Shown: positions 19,208-28,974, numbered from the stretch's first letter. The stretch: DNA of 64,000 nucleotides from Candidatus Buchananbacteria bacterium (GCA_013359225.1 JABWCG010000004.1:1550-65549), one strand, 5' to 3'. Notes: a model not told the origin generated them from the sequence alone. Numbers and translations: made by a program.

Positions 19208-19208
19208 C

Positions 19209-19622
19209 ATGAAATTTACTTTTTTACAAAAAAATTTTTTGGTTGTCAGCTTATTGATACTGACGACGTTTTTAATGACAACTCATTTTGTCGCCGCCAG
19301 CACCATGGACCAGGTTAACAGCGGTTTTGCCCAGACTGGTGAAGAAGCAGGCTTTCCAACTCAAGGTGGCAAACCAAAAGTGGAATTTAGTCAGGCTTTT
19401 ATCAACTACGTCAACAGCATGATTGGCCTCATGGGTTTACTGTTTATGGTTTTAGTCATCTACGGCGGTTGGCTTTGGATGTCTGCGCGCGGCAGCGAAG
19501 AACAGGTTACTAAAGCCAAAAAACTTATTATTAACGCGGTCATTGGCTTAGCGGCGGTCATTGGCGCGCGCCTGGTGGTAGAATTAGTTATTATTTATTT
19601 GAGCCGAACTTTTGTCAGTTAA
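19209..19622 (+). CDS. TrbC/VirB2-like pilin-family protein (paralog E)
   Basis: YGGWLWMSARGSEEQVTKAKKLIINAVIGLAAVIGARL module; 1-nt gap after D. Confidence 0.55.
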   Translation: MKFTFLQKNFLVVSLLILTTFLMTTHFVAASTMDQVNSGFAQTGEEAGFPTQGGKPKVEFSQAFINYVNSMIGLMGLLFMVLVIYGGWLWMSARGSEEQVTKAKKLIINAVIGLAAVIGARLVVELVIIYLSRTFVS

Positions 19623-19623
19623 C

Positions 19624-20025
19624 ATGAGTATGTTACAAAAAACTTTTTTTATTGCCCTGGTTCTGACGCTTGTTTTTCACGGTGTCGGGGTATTAGCTGC
19701 CGGCACACCTATTGGCGAACAAATGGGCGGCGGCCTGAACACCGCCATTGACGAAGTTTATGGCAGAGACGTTACGGTTGATCAAACCACATTTAACAGC
19801 GGTTTAATTACAATTATTAACACCCTGCTAACGTTTACCGGCATCATTTTTTTGCTACTGATCATTTATGCCGGGTACTTATGGATGACCGCACGCGGCA
19901 ACGAAGAACAGGTTGACCGGGCAAAAAAAATTACCCGCGAGGTAGTAATTGGTTTACTGCTAATACTGCTGGCCCGAATTATTACTGAATATATTTTGAT
20001 TCAAATTGGCAAAGCCACTAACTAA
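19624..20025 (+). CDS. TrbC/VirB2-like pilin-family protein (paralog F)
   Basis: Start moved to first ATG (MSMLQK) just after E stop; YAGYLWMTARGNEEQVDRAKKITREVVIGLLLILLARII module. Confidence 0.55.
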   Translation: MSMLQKTFFIALVLTLVFHGVGVLAAGTPIGEQMGGGLNTAIDEVYGRDVTVDQTTFNSGLITIINTLLTFTGIIFLLLIIYAGYLWMTARGNEEQVDRAKKITREVVIGLLLILLARIITEYILIQIGKATN

Positions 20026-20030
20026 AAAGT

Positions 20031-20426
20031 ATGAAAACTATTTACACACTCTTATTACTCAGCATCATTACTGCCGCCCTAGCAACACTAACGCCGGTAC
20101 TGGTCCTGGCACAGGGCGGTGATATTACTCAACAAATGCAAAACAGCCTAGCAAACGTCAGCTTGCCAAGCACTAACAAAGACGAGGGTCGGGTTGAAGT
20201 CATTGTCGGGAAAGTAATCGGCGCATTTTTGAGTATTTTTGGTATTATTTTCATGGTATTAATTATTTTTGGCGGCTATAAATGGATGATGGCTTCCGGC
20301 CGTGAAGAAGAAATTTCCAAGGCCAAAGCTACGATTCGCTCAGCGGTTATCGGCTTAATTATTGTTTTAGCGGCCTACGCTATCACCTTCTTTATTACTA
20401 ATGCTCTACAACAAGCCGTTGGCTAA
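20031..20426 (+). CDS. TrbC/VirB2-like pilin-family protein (paralog G)
   Basis: FGGYKWMMASGREEEISKAKATIRSAVIGLIIVLAAYAITFF module. Confidence 0.55.
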   Translation: MKTIYTLLLLSIITAALATLTPVLVLAQGGDITQQMQNSLANVSLPSTNKDEGRVEVIVGKVIGAFLSIFGIIFMVLIIFGGYKWMMASGREEEISKAKATIRSAVIGLIIVLAAYAITFFITNALQQAVG

Positions 20427-20431
20427 AATGT

Positions 20432-20848
20432 ATGAATGACACACTTAAAAAAGCGACAATTTTTTTCACCGTTATTGCGCTGCTTCTGGCCTTAAACATT
20501 GGATCGGTTTTAGCCCAAGGCACGCTTGACTTGACCGGTAAACTGAAAAACGTCGGCGGTAACGCTGGCTATTCCGCCGAGGTAACTGAAAACACGCTTC
20601 CTAACACCGTCGGAAATATTATCAAGGCCCTGCTATCCCTTTTGGGTATTATTTTTATGTCTTACATTGTGTACGCAGGATATCTCTGGATGACCGCGGC
20701 TGGCAACGATGAAAAAATCACCAAAGCTAAAGCGATTCTTCGCGGCAGCATTATCGGCTTAATTATTGTTTTAGCGGCCTACGCTATCACTCAATTTGTG
20801 CTCGTTTCAATAACTGAGGCAACCGGGTATAGCTCCGCAGGAAGCTAA
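20432..20848 (+). CDS. TrbC/VirB2-like pilin-family protein (paralog H)
   Basis: YAGYLWMTAAGNDEKITKAKAILRGSIIGLIIVLAAYAITQF module. Confidence 0.55.
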   Translation: MNDTLKKATIFFTVIALLLALNIGSVLAQGTLDLTGKLKNVGGNAGYSAEVTENTLPNTVGNIIKALLSLLGIIFMSYIVYAGYLWMTAAGNDEKITKAKAILRGSIIGLIIVLAAYAITQFVLVSITEATGYSSAGS

Positions 20849-20862
20849 TAAACTTCAACTTT

Positions 20863-21303
20863 ATGTTTAGTAAACTTTACCGCTCAATTATTCTGACCCT
20901 TTTGCTACTAGCCGTCGTTGGCATCACGTTCTCATTTGGTGCTATAGACACCAATGCCCAGGAAGGGTTAAGTCTTGATGAAATGACCAAACAAGCGGCC
21001 GGCGCTGCGGGCTACAGCGAAGAAACCAACGAAACCACGTTTGCCAAAATTGTTGGTACGGTAGTTCGGGTATTTCTTTCGTTGCTCGGTGTCATTTTTA
21101 TCTCTTACACTGTATATGGCGGGTTCTTATGGATGACCGCGGCTGGCAACGATGAAAAAATCACCAAAGCAAAGCACATTATCCGCGACGGCATTATCGG
21201 CTTAATCGTCATTCTGTCAGCAGCCGGCATCTACTACTTTATAGCCGAGTTTTTAATTGACACCTCTGGCACTTCCGGCGGCACTATTCCTGGCGGAGGT
21301 TAA
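20863..21303 (+). CDS. TrbC/VirB2-like pilin-family protein (paralog I, Gly-rich C-terminal tail)
   Basis: YGGFLWMTAAGNDEKITKAKHIIRDGIIGLIVILSAAGIYYF module; ends GTSGGTIPGGG. Confidence 0.55.
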   Translation: MFSKLYRSIILTLLLLAVVGITFSFGAIDTNAQEGLSLDEMTKQAAGAAGYSEETNETTFAKIVGTVVRVFLSLLGVIFISYTVYGGFLWMTAAGNDEKITKAKHIIRDGIIGLIVILSAAGIYYFIAEFLIDTSGTSGGTIPGGG

Positions 21304-21314
21304 AAGACAAATCT

Positions 21315-21734
21315 ATGAATAAAAAAATAAAATTTTTACTGACCTTTCTGCTGCTACTAGGCATTTTAACCCTGAACGTGACGCCGGTTTTGGCGCAAGG
21401 CCTCCAGGACCCGGCTAAACAAAAACTTGATGCTCAAAACGAAGCTTTTTTGGCTGAAACCGGACTTGGAACTCAGACGAGTTTGTCACTGATGGTAAGC
21501 GCCATCATCCGAGTATTTCTGTCTTTTCTGGGAGTAATCTTTGTTGTTTTAATTATCTACGCCGGTTTTATGTGGATGACGTCAGCCGGCAATGAAGATA
21601 AAATCAGCAAGGCCAAAAAAATTATGGCTTCCGCCATTATTGGTTTAGCAATCGTACTGGCGGCATACGCCATCACCTACTTTGTACTTGATCAGCTACT
21701 TGAAGCAACTAAGGGCGGCCAAGGACTCGACTAA
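21315..21734 (+). CDS. TrbC/VirB2-like pilin-family protein (paralog J)
   Basis: YAGFMWMTSAGNEDKISKAKKIMASAIIGLAIVLAAYAITYF module. Confidence 0.55.
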   Translation: MNKKIKFLLTFLLLLGILTLNVTPVLAQGLQDPAKQKLDAQNEAFLAETGLGTQTSLSLMVSAIIRVFLSFLGVIFVVLIIYAGFMWMTSAGNEDKISKAKKIMASAIIGLAIVLAAYAITYFVLDQLLEATKGGQGLD

Positions 21735-21755
21735 TCAATCTTGATAAAATAAATA

Positions 21756-21805
21756 GAGGGTGCACTATTTTTTCCGTTCTGGAAAAGTGCACCCTCTTTG
21801 AAAAA
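21756..21805. terminator. bidirectional terminator hairpin (agagggtgcact ... agtgcaccctct)
   Basis: 12-bp perfect inverted repeat with internal sub-hairpin, flanked by A/T runs, between convergent pilin J and the GC-rich lipoprotein gene. Confidence 0.5.
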
Positions 21806-21825
21806 ACAAAGGCTCGCTAGGCTCG

Positions 21826-22404
21826 CTAGGGAGCGACGATTGACCAGTCGCAGGTAAAACCCTCAACTTGGTTATCCGCTTCCACGGTGTCGATATCGCG
21901 CCAACCTCGCAGATAAGCGCTGCTTGATCCGGCGCGATAGAGTTGCACGTAGTACCGATCAGCCGGCAAAAACGTCCACTCTTTAGCACCAGGACCAATG
22001 GTTCGAACCAGCGCGAACTGGCCATAACTGACCTCAAACCGTACTGGCCGGCTTGAAGCGTTATAAAGGACCCCCCGATAGAACTTAAAGGGTCCTCGCG
22101 GCAATGTCGCTGACGGATCAGCATTCAAATCTGGCAAAGCCTTCCAGTAGCTTTCGCCCTGAAGCTCCCAGAATTGCCGCACCGCTTCGTCGCGGTTGGC
22201 GCGCGCCTTCATCCAAGCCTCGACGAAATTCTGGTTGGAGTCGGTATAATGCTCTACTCCTCCCACGTGCAGCTCAGCAGCCTGATAGCCGACCCAATAC
22301 TTGCTGTCTGCGTTCTGCTTTGCCACCAAGGCCGCTCGACCAGTTGGCGTCACGGTACTGCAACCAACCGCCAGCAGCAACACTATTGCACAAATCTGTT
22401 TCAT
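21826..22404 (-). CDS. lipoprotein of unknown function, GC-rich (about 58% GC), probably horizontally acquired
   Basis: Lipobox LLLAVGC; strong AGGAG RBS at 10-nt spacing; composition contrasts with flanking pilin genes; 2x9-bp tandem repeat ggctcgcta at the 3' end. Confidence 0.5.
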   Translation of the reverse strand: MKQICAIVLLLAVGCSTVTPTGRAALVAKQNADSKYWVGYQAAELHVGGVEHYTDSNQNFVEAWMKARANRDEAVRQFWELQGESYWKALPDLNADPSATLPRGPFKFYRGVLYNASSRPVRFEVSYGQFALVRTIGPGAKEWTFLPADRYYVQLYRAGSSSAYLRGWRDIDTVEADNQVEGFTCDWSIVAP

Positions 22405-22570
22405 CGTAAAACCGCTCCTCTTGGTTATCGGCCGCTAGGCCTAATTTTTCAATTCAAAGGGCACTAAAGAACTTTGAATATTAACATAAATTAGCAAATT
22501 TGTCAATAAATATTCCCCTAAAAACAGATAAAATGGTATAATTACCTTACTTAACTTTTAAAATACCTGT

Positions 22571-22990
22571 ATGACCAAAACAGCTTACCTATTTTTACAT
22601 GCCCTAATGGTTTTTACGCTCTTGCTCAGCCTAGTACCGGTTAATGCTCTGGCAGTTAGTGGCGACATTACTGATTTAATGAAAGATCAGCTCGAACCAA
22701 TTGAAGAAGTCTATGATCCGCGCGACGACGTTACCCCATCAACTTTTTCTAAAAACGTTGCTCAAATGATTAATGTCGTGCTTGGATTTCTAGGAATTGT
22801 TTTCCTCATTTTAATCCTCTACGCTGGCTGGATGTGGATGACGTCAGCCGGCAATGAAGATAAAATCAGCAAAGCCAAAAAAACAATGGTTGCCGCCATT
22901 ATCGGAGTGGCGATCATTTTAGCAGCGTACGCCATCTCCTACTTTGTTATTAATCAATTATTGATTGCTACCAAGGGCGAAGGATTATAA
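22571..22990 (+). CDS. TrbC/VirB2-like pilin-family protein (paralog K; closest to J)
   Basis: YAGWMWMTSAGNEDKISKAKKTMVAAIIGVAIILAAYAISYF module. Confidence 0.55.
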   Translation: MTKTAYLFLHALMVFTLLLSLVPVNALAVSGDITDLMKDQLEPIEEVYDPRDDVTPSTFSKNVAQMINVVLGFLGIVFLILILYAGWMWMTSAGNEDKISKAKKTMVAAIIGVAIILAAYAISYFVINQLLIATKGEGL

Positions 22991-23002
22991 ATGGTCTCTA
23001 AA

Positions 23003-23040
23003 AACAACCCGGCGCCATACGGCTTTCGGGTTGTTTTTTA
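23003..23040 (+). terminator. Rho-independent terminator ending the pilin array
   Basis: aacaacccg ... cgggttgtt stem followed by TTTTTAT. Confidence 0.55.
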
Positions 23041-23065
23041 TTAACTAAAAAACTACAATAAGTAC

Positions 23066-24997
23066 ATGAAGCCGTCTGTAATCCAATCATGGATCACCAC
23101 CCACAACCGGCAAATTCTTTTTGCGGCAATCGCGCTATATAGCGGATTATTTTCGCTAATCGCTATCTGGAAATACCACAACTTCTACTATACTGCCATT
23201 GATCTGGCAATTTTTAATCAAACTTTTTTCAACTCGCTTTTGGGAAACTGGTTTGGGCTAACCATTCATCCGCCAAGCTACCTAGGCGATCATTTTTCAC
23301 CATTACTCATACTATTACTACCGTTTTATGCCCTGACCAAAAATCCGGAAAGTTTGCTGATACTGCTGGCAACAATCAACGGCCTAAGTGCTTGGCCACT
23401 ATATCTGATTGCCAAAAAAGCGCTGGGTGCTAAACTGGCGCTGCCAGTTGCCCTGGCCTGGTTGCTAAACCCGGTAGTACAAAACACCACGCTGTTTGAA
23501 TTTAATTTTTTGTCGTTTGCCGTGTTCTTTTTGTTCTGGGCGTTTTATAGCTACCAAAGAAAAAAATTCCTGCCGGCAGTCCTCTTTTTACTATTGGCGA
23601 TGCTTGCCCGCGAAGACGTTAGTCTAGTAGTCTTAATGTTTGGCATTGTTGCTTTAGGTCAAAAAAAATCATGGCGTTGGGTTGTTACGCCGTTGATTAT
23701 GGGTTTGGTCTATTTTAGCGCCGCAGTTTTTGTAATAAAAGTCTTCGCCCCGGCCGATGAATATAAATTTTTTATCTACTACCCCTGGATTAATCACCTA
23801 ACAACCCAGCCATGGCTACCGATTATTTATCTGCTACGACCCAATAACATTATCTACCTTATCGGTCTTGGGTTAACGGTAGTTTTTTTACCATTAATAA
23901 GCCCGCTCTTTTTATTACTTGGTGCCATTATAGCGCTACAACTCCTGCTTGGCGGGTCGGGTGGCGGACAACTCCTGCTGGAAACCCACTACTCCAGCCT
24001 GTTATTGCCAGCACTATTTATCGCCTCAATTTATGGCTTAAAAAAAATTTTTGACCCAAACCAGAAACCAACCATTATTAAGCTTGTCAACCAACACCGT
24101 GCACTACTTACTACACTCTTAGTCTTTGGCGTTTTCTATGCTAGCGTAACACTGGGCCCGGCCTCCGGCATTTGGCAGCACCGACACCGAACCGACAACA
24201 GTAAAGCGCGCGCCACCATGCTTCGGCAAATTCCCGACGACCAAGCCGTTGCTAGTAGCTACCAATTTTTACCGACGCTATCCTCGCGAAAAAATATTTA
24301 CTCTTTTAATTATGCCTTTTTAGGCAAGCAGCAATTTTTACGTAGCGACTACAAACTGCCCGAAGACACTACCTGGATCGCTTTAGATTTTTCCGATCTA
24401 ATCACCTACCAAATCCAATACGGCTTCAATCCTTATTACCAAAATCAATACCAGGCCGCGCTTAAAACGTGGCCAAAACTGCTTGATGATTTTGGGCTGG
24501 TGGCCATTACTGATAGCTACGCCCTATACCAACGCAATGCAACTGCAGCCTTTGAACTAGTAAAAATTTTAGACACGCCACCAATTAATGCCAATGCTGT
24601 TTCCCTAACCAACGGGGTGATATTTTTAGGTTACCAAAAAGAAGCCGGACAATATCAACTACTTTGGCAACTCATGCTGCCGCAAGAAATACCTTATCGC
24701 ATACGCCTAGAATTGATTAAAGACGGTAAAACCGTATACCAAAAACTGTATCCCTTTGGATATGATTTATTACTAAACGCACCAGCGGGGCCAGCAAATG
24801 TCCAAACTAATTATTGGTTTAACCCCGACCATCGCGTAGCTCCCGGAACATATGACCTAAAGCTGACGCTGGTCAAGATAATTGATGGCGGTATTGAGGT
24901 TGATGAAATTCGGTCCACTAAAAATGTGATTGATCAGGAAGAAATTATAGGCGAAATATTAAAAACAAAATTTATTGTACCACTTGATACACTGTAA
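23066..24997 (+). CDS. large polytopic membrane protein with C-terminal extracytoplasmic domain (GT-C-fold glycosyltransferase-like)
   Basis: 643 aa, N-terminal roughly 330 aa multi-TM, C-terminal soluble domain; context of GT2/GT-C cluster. Confidence 0.35.
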   Translation: MKPSVIQSWITTHNRQILFAAIALYSGLFSLIAIWKYHNFYYTAIDLAIFNQTFFNSLLGNWFGLTIHPPSYLGDHFSPLLILLLPFYALTKNPESLLILLATINGLSAWPLYLIAKKALGAKLALPVALAWLLNPVVQNTTLFEFNFLSFAVFFLFWAFYSYQRKKFLPAVLFLLLAMLAREDVSLVVLMFGIVALGQKKSWRWVVTPLIMGLVYFSAAVFVIKVFAPADEYKFFIYYPWINHLTTQPWLPIIYLLRPNNIIYLIGLGLTVVFLPLISPLFLLLGAIIALQLLLGGSGGGQLLLETHYSSLLLPALFIASIYGLKKIFDPNQKPTIIKLVNQHRALLTTLLVFGVFYASVTLGPASGIWQHRHRTDNSKARATMLRQIPDDQAVASSYQFLPTLSSRKNIYSFNYAFLGKQQFLRSDYKLPEDTTWIALDFSDLITYQIQYGFNPYYQNQYQAALKTWPKLLDDFGLVAITDSYALYQRNATAAFELVKILDTPPINANAVSLTNGVIFLGYQKEAGQYQLLWQLMLPQEIPYRIRLELIKDGKTVYQKLYPFGYDLLLNAPAGPANVQTNYWFNPDHRVAPGTYDLKLTLVKIIDGGIEVDEIRSTKNVIDQEEIIGEILKTKFIVPLDTL

Positions 24998-26639
24998 CGC
25001 CCTGAGACGAAAACACTTCGTGCAAATACTTATGAAGGGCCGGGTTAAAGCTACCCAGCTCTTTTTCGTAATCACTGTATATGAGGTATGAGATATTATT
25101 AGCCAACAAAAACTCATGCTTTTTATCGGCATAGTCGTTGTCTAAGAAAAACCACTGAATATAGGCTGCCTTGGAGCCAAAAAATAGCGTTTCGTGAGCA
25201 TGGGCCGCATATACCGCATGCCCGGAAAATCCTGGCGCAAATTTAAGCGGAATATCAGCGCCAAACACCACTCCGGCCCGAGACTGCTGGGTCGCCAGCC
25301 AAGCATAGGCGTCAAATAAACCATTGGGCAAAAACAGTTTGGTGGTAATAGCAGGACTGTTGCTGAAAATAAAATAAAAATCGCGGCCAACACTATACAA
25401 ATTTGACGGCATCAGCCAAATCACAAACAACAAAATCAGTAGCACGCTATTATTAATCCAGAAATCATACGTTGCCGGCTTGAGCCGAGTTCGCAGATAT
25501 GCCCCCAATTCGCTTAGACCAATAACCGTAAAAATCACTAAAATAATATGTAGACCCTGCGTATAGCGGCTATGGAAAGGAAACGGCGAATAAATCAAAA
25601 CAATATCAACAATAAACCACGAAAGCAACAACCAGTGACGGCGATCAAACTTTTTTTGGTGCCACAAAAACCATAAGCCCAAAATAAACCCCAGCCACAA
25701 CAGACCGTAACCTAATACCACAAAAATAAAAGGTGAGATATTAGTGACATTTTGAATCGCCCGCTGACCAATCACCGGACTAGCGCCAATCAGCCAAAAA
25801 TGATAAATCACCGACGGTAATGATATTAAAAATACCACTATTAAATAGCCGGCTTCACGCCATAAAAATCGATTAGCCCGCAGCATTAAACCAAACAAAT
25901 AAAGCCCTAAAACACCAAAAATAACCGGAAAATAATATGGGTGAAAATTAAAATAACACAAAGCCAAAACACCACTTACAGCCGCATATACCATTTTTCT
26001 CCTACTTTCAAACGCTAGCGCCATCAGTAAAAAAATAAGAATCATCAGCGTAATTGAGGCGATAAAATGCGACGTTTGATAAAGCGTGTTAAAAGTATTT
26101 GCCTCAGTTAACCATAAATCAATTGGCCAGCGGTAGGGGTCGGGTCCTTCAATGCCCAGCGCGTCAATTGGTGCGGCAACATAAAAACCAAGGCCGCTAG
26201 AAAAAAGTAAAAAGATAAGTGCGGTTAGTCGCACCGCGCGGTCGGAAAAAAAGTAAGCGATAAAAATATAAGCTACTGTTAAAAAAACAGGAATCATAAT
26301 CAGCCGCGAAAGTTGAAACGCTAAAATAACCGGCAGATTAAATATGCCCGCCAACTGCCCAATCCAAGCCCACCATATATTCAAGGTTCCGAATGCTTGC
26401 GGTTCAGGAGTTAATAAGTTTTTTACGAATATTTCGCCGCTACGGGCCTGATTGATATATGAATAATAAACAGGAATATCTCCGGGACTTAACGCGTGCA
26501 AACCATTATAGGTAAAACCATTAGGTGCAAAAAAATACCCCGCCAAATATGGCAGGCCGGTAATAATAATCATCACTAGCGCCAACAACCAAACCAAGCG
26601 CCATTCTTGTTGACTGATAGTGGCTAAAATTTTTTTCAT
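24972..26639 (-). CDS. GT-C-like polytopic membrane protein (tandem paralog 1 of 2)
   Basis: 555 aa, more than 12 TM, shares N-terminal EWRLV...YYSYINQA(R/K)SG(E/K)I motif with the next gene. Confidence 0.4.
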   Translation of the reverse strand: MKKILATISQQEWRLVWLLALVMIIITGLPYLAGYFFAPNGFTYNGLHALSPGDIPVYYSYINQARSGEIFVKNLLTPEPQAFGTLNIWWAWIGQLAGIFNLPVILAFQLSRLIMIPVFLTVAYIFIAYFFSDRAVRLTALIFLLFSSGLGFYVAAPIDALGIEGPDPYRWPIDLWLTEANTFNTLYQTSHFIASITLMILIFLLMALAFESRRKMVYAAVSGVLALCYFNFHPYYFPVIFGVLGLYLFGLMLRANRFLWREAGYLIVVFLISLPSVIYHFWLIGASPVIGQRAIQNVTNISPFIFVVLGYGLLWLGFILGLWFLWHQKKFDRRHWLLLSWFIVDIVLIYSPFPFHSRYTQGLHIILVIFTVIGLSELGAYLRTRLKPATYDFWINNSVLLILLFVIWLMPSNLYSVGRDFYFIFSNSPAITTKLFLPNGLFDAYAWLATQQSRAGVVFGADIPLKFAPGFSGHAVYAAHAHETLFFGSKAAYIQWFFLDNDYADKKHEFLLANNISYLIYSDYEKELGSFNPALHKYLHEVFSSQGVTVYQVVQ

Positions 26640-28282
26640 AAAACTTGATAAATTATTACTTCGCTGTTGCGATACACCTCCTGTAAATACGTTTTAGAAG
26701 ATGGATCATAATCCCCCAAAGCCCGTTCGTCCGGACCGTAATAAATCAAGGTAATGCCGCGCTGGGTTAAAAATGATTTTTCCGTTTCGTCGGGCCGGTT
26801 AGTTTCAAAAAACCAGTTTACTTCTCCCTGCTTAAAATTAAAAAACGGAGTTTCGACTCCGTGTCCGACATAGACACGCTGATTAGCGAAAGCTGGTAAA
26901 ACATTAATGATGTTTGCCGCTGTGTTTAAAACAACGCCCTCTGGCACCTGCTCCAGCCAGCGGGCCGCTACCACCTTTGACTGTTCCAAATATGACAAGT
27001 TCAGATGATTGGTGTACATATAGTAATTAACGGCAATGTGAAAAACGTTTGAAGTAATCAGTAAAAACCCTAAAGTGAATGAGAGCCCGTACCGCTTTTG
27101 GTATAACATCCTGGCCACTGGATGACGGCTGGTCGTCATCCAAACAGACAGCTGTATTAATGCCACAGTCGCCAAAAGTGCCAACGGAACGTGTAACCCT
27201 TGGGTCATGCGGCGCTGCCATGGCACCGGAGCAAAAATCAACAGTCCCTGAAACACCAACCAGGTTATTAAAAAAATCTCAGTGGTTGATTGCTTGCCTC
27301 TCTTGATATACCACCCCACCGCTCCCGCGGCTAAAATAAGCAACAAACCATAGCTAACCAAAACAATCCACCACGGTGGCGTTAGGGTCAAATTCTGCAA
27401 TGTTTTTTGACTAATAACCGGATCAATCTTGATTAATAACAAATAATAAAACACTGACGGGAAAGCCAGCACGCTAAAAATAAAATAGTACCAAAATAAC
27501 GGCCAATGCCAAGCCCGATCGCGCACTACCAGCACTAGAAAAAAAATCAAGATAAAACCATAGATGGTTAAAACGTGAAAAGGATGAAAAGAAAAAAGCG
27601 CTAACCCGATTAGTCCGGCGACAACAGGATACCAATAATTAGCCTGAAGCGTAAACAAAAGCGTTAACCAGAAAATAAGTAAAATCAGAATTGATGAAGC
27701 AATAAAATGCGGCGAATAGTGCAAAGTCAGATAGGTAAAGGCTTCCGGCACCCATAAATCAAGCGGCCAATTGAATTGCCCGTTGGAAAAATTATTCGGA
27801 TATCGAATAAGGCGGTCAATTAAAAGCAACCCCAGCCCAGAACTGAAGCTCAACATAATAATGCTCAGCTTCCTTTTAACTAAATCCGAAAAAATAGTTG
27901 CAATCAATAGATACGCCGTCGCCATAAAAACCGGAATCAACATAATACGAGCGGCCTGAAACGCCACAAATGCCGATAGATCAAAAATTCGAGCCAGCCA
28001 GCCGACCGCTAACCAACAGATATTCAAGGTTGGCAGCTGATGGTCGGCTGAAAACAAATTATCAAACAAAATTTTACCGCTTTTAGCCTGATTGATGTAT
28101 GAATAATATACAAACCAGTCATTAGGGGCCGAAAAATGCACCCCCATAAAAACCTTGTCGGAAGGCGTAATTAAAAAACCATAGACCAACGGTGCGGTAG
28201 TAATCACAATCAAAAATAAACTTAAAAGAATGACCAGGCGCCATTCCTTTTTACTAATTGATCGAAAAATTTGCTTAATCAT
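26636..28282 (-). CDS. GT-C-like polytopic membrane protein (tandem paralog 2 of 2)
   Basis: Start set at internal ATG (MIKQIFRSISKKEWRL) matching the paralog N-terminus; 4-nt overlap with downstream gene. Confidence 0.4.
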   Translation of the reverse strand: MIKQIFRSISKKEWRLVILLSLFLIVITTAPLVYGFLITPSDKVFMGVHFSAPNDWFVYYSYINQAKSGKILFDNLFSADHQLPTLNICWLAVGWLARIFDLSAFVAFQAARIMLIPVFMATAYLLIATIFSDLVKRKLSIIMLSFSSGLGLLLIDRLIRYPNNFSNGQFNWPLDLWVPEAFTYLTLHYSPHFIASSILILLIFWLTLLFTLQANYWYPVVAGLIGLALFSFHPFHVLTIYGFILIFFLVLVVRDRAWHWPLFWYYFIFSVLAFPSVFYYLLLIKIDPVISQKTLQNLTLTPPWWIVLVSYGLLLILAAGAVGWYIKRGKQSTTEIFLITWLVFQGLLIFAPVPWQRRMTQGLHVPLALLATVALIQLSVWMTTSRHPVARMLYQKRYGLSFTLGFLLITSNVFHIAVNYYMYTNHLNLSYLEQSKVVAARWLEQVPEGVVLNTAANIINVLPAFANQRVYVGHGVETPFFNFKQGEVNWFFETNRPDETEKSFLTQRGITLIYYGPDERALGDYDPSSKTYLQEVYRNSEVIIYQVL

Positions 28283-28970
28283 GGTAATTAAAACGATAAA
28301 CAATCAACAACCATAATGCCTTACATCCATCAATCCAGCTGATTTTTTTACCTTCATTAAATTGTCGTGGCCGGTAGCTGATTGGCAGCTCTAAAATCTT
28401 AATTCCCTGCCTTAGAACTTTTGCCGTTACCTCAACCTCAAATCCAAAATCATTTTGTCGTAACGACAGCTGACGTAACAATGGGCCGCTAAAAACCTTA
28501 TAACACGTTTCAACGTCCGTAATCTGCGCCCGATATAAAACCTGAGCCAGCCACGAAATTAGCTTATTGCCCAAATAATAACTCAAATGCCCGACCGGAT
28601 TTTTGCTAATCATCCGCGAACCGTACGCCACCTTTGCCTGCCCCCGAACTATCGCCTGAACCAATGGTTCAAGATCAGGGGGGCTATATTCCAAATCAGC
28701 ATCCTGAATCGCCACAATATCACCGGTAGTGTGTTTAAATCCCTGCCGCAAGGCCGCACCCTTACCCTGATTGTGTTCGCTGAAAATAACACGCCAGTTT
28801 GGTCGGTTGATCATTTTTAACAAATCAATCGTGCCGTCAGTTGAACCGTCATCGACAATTACCACCTCTTTATCCAAGCCGGTAATCTCCAGCCGGTCCA
28901 CCTTGTTTAAAATTTCCGCAATGTACTTTTTCTCATTATAAACCGGGATAACAATAGAAAGCGTTGGCAT
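28275..28970 (-). CDS. family-2 glycosyltransferase (polyprenyl-phosphate sugar synthase, Dpm1/GtrB-like)
   Basis: LSIVIPVYNE ... VVIVDDGSTDGT ... DADL motifs. Confidence 0.7.
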   Translation of the reverse strand: MPTLSIVIPVYNEKKYIAEILNKVDRLEITGLDKEVVIVDDGSTDGTIDLLKMINRPNWRVIFSEHNQGKGAALRQGFKHTTGDIVAIQDADLEYSPPDLEPLVQAIVRGQAKVAYGSRMISKNPVGHLSYYLGNKLISWLAQVLYRAQITDVETCYKVFSGPLLRQLSLRQNDFGFEVEVTAKVLRQGIKILELPISYRPRQFNEGKKISWIDGCKALWLLIVYRFNYHD

Positions 28971-28974
28971 ACCC

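Noticed and set aside
21765-22467. ORFs 21765..22124(-), 22104..22409(+), 22174..22467(+)
   Set aside because: Alternative frames of the GC-rich lipoprotein region. They lack start context and are low-complexity Arg/Pro/Ser-rich.
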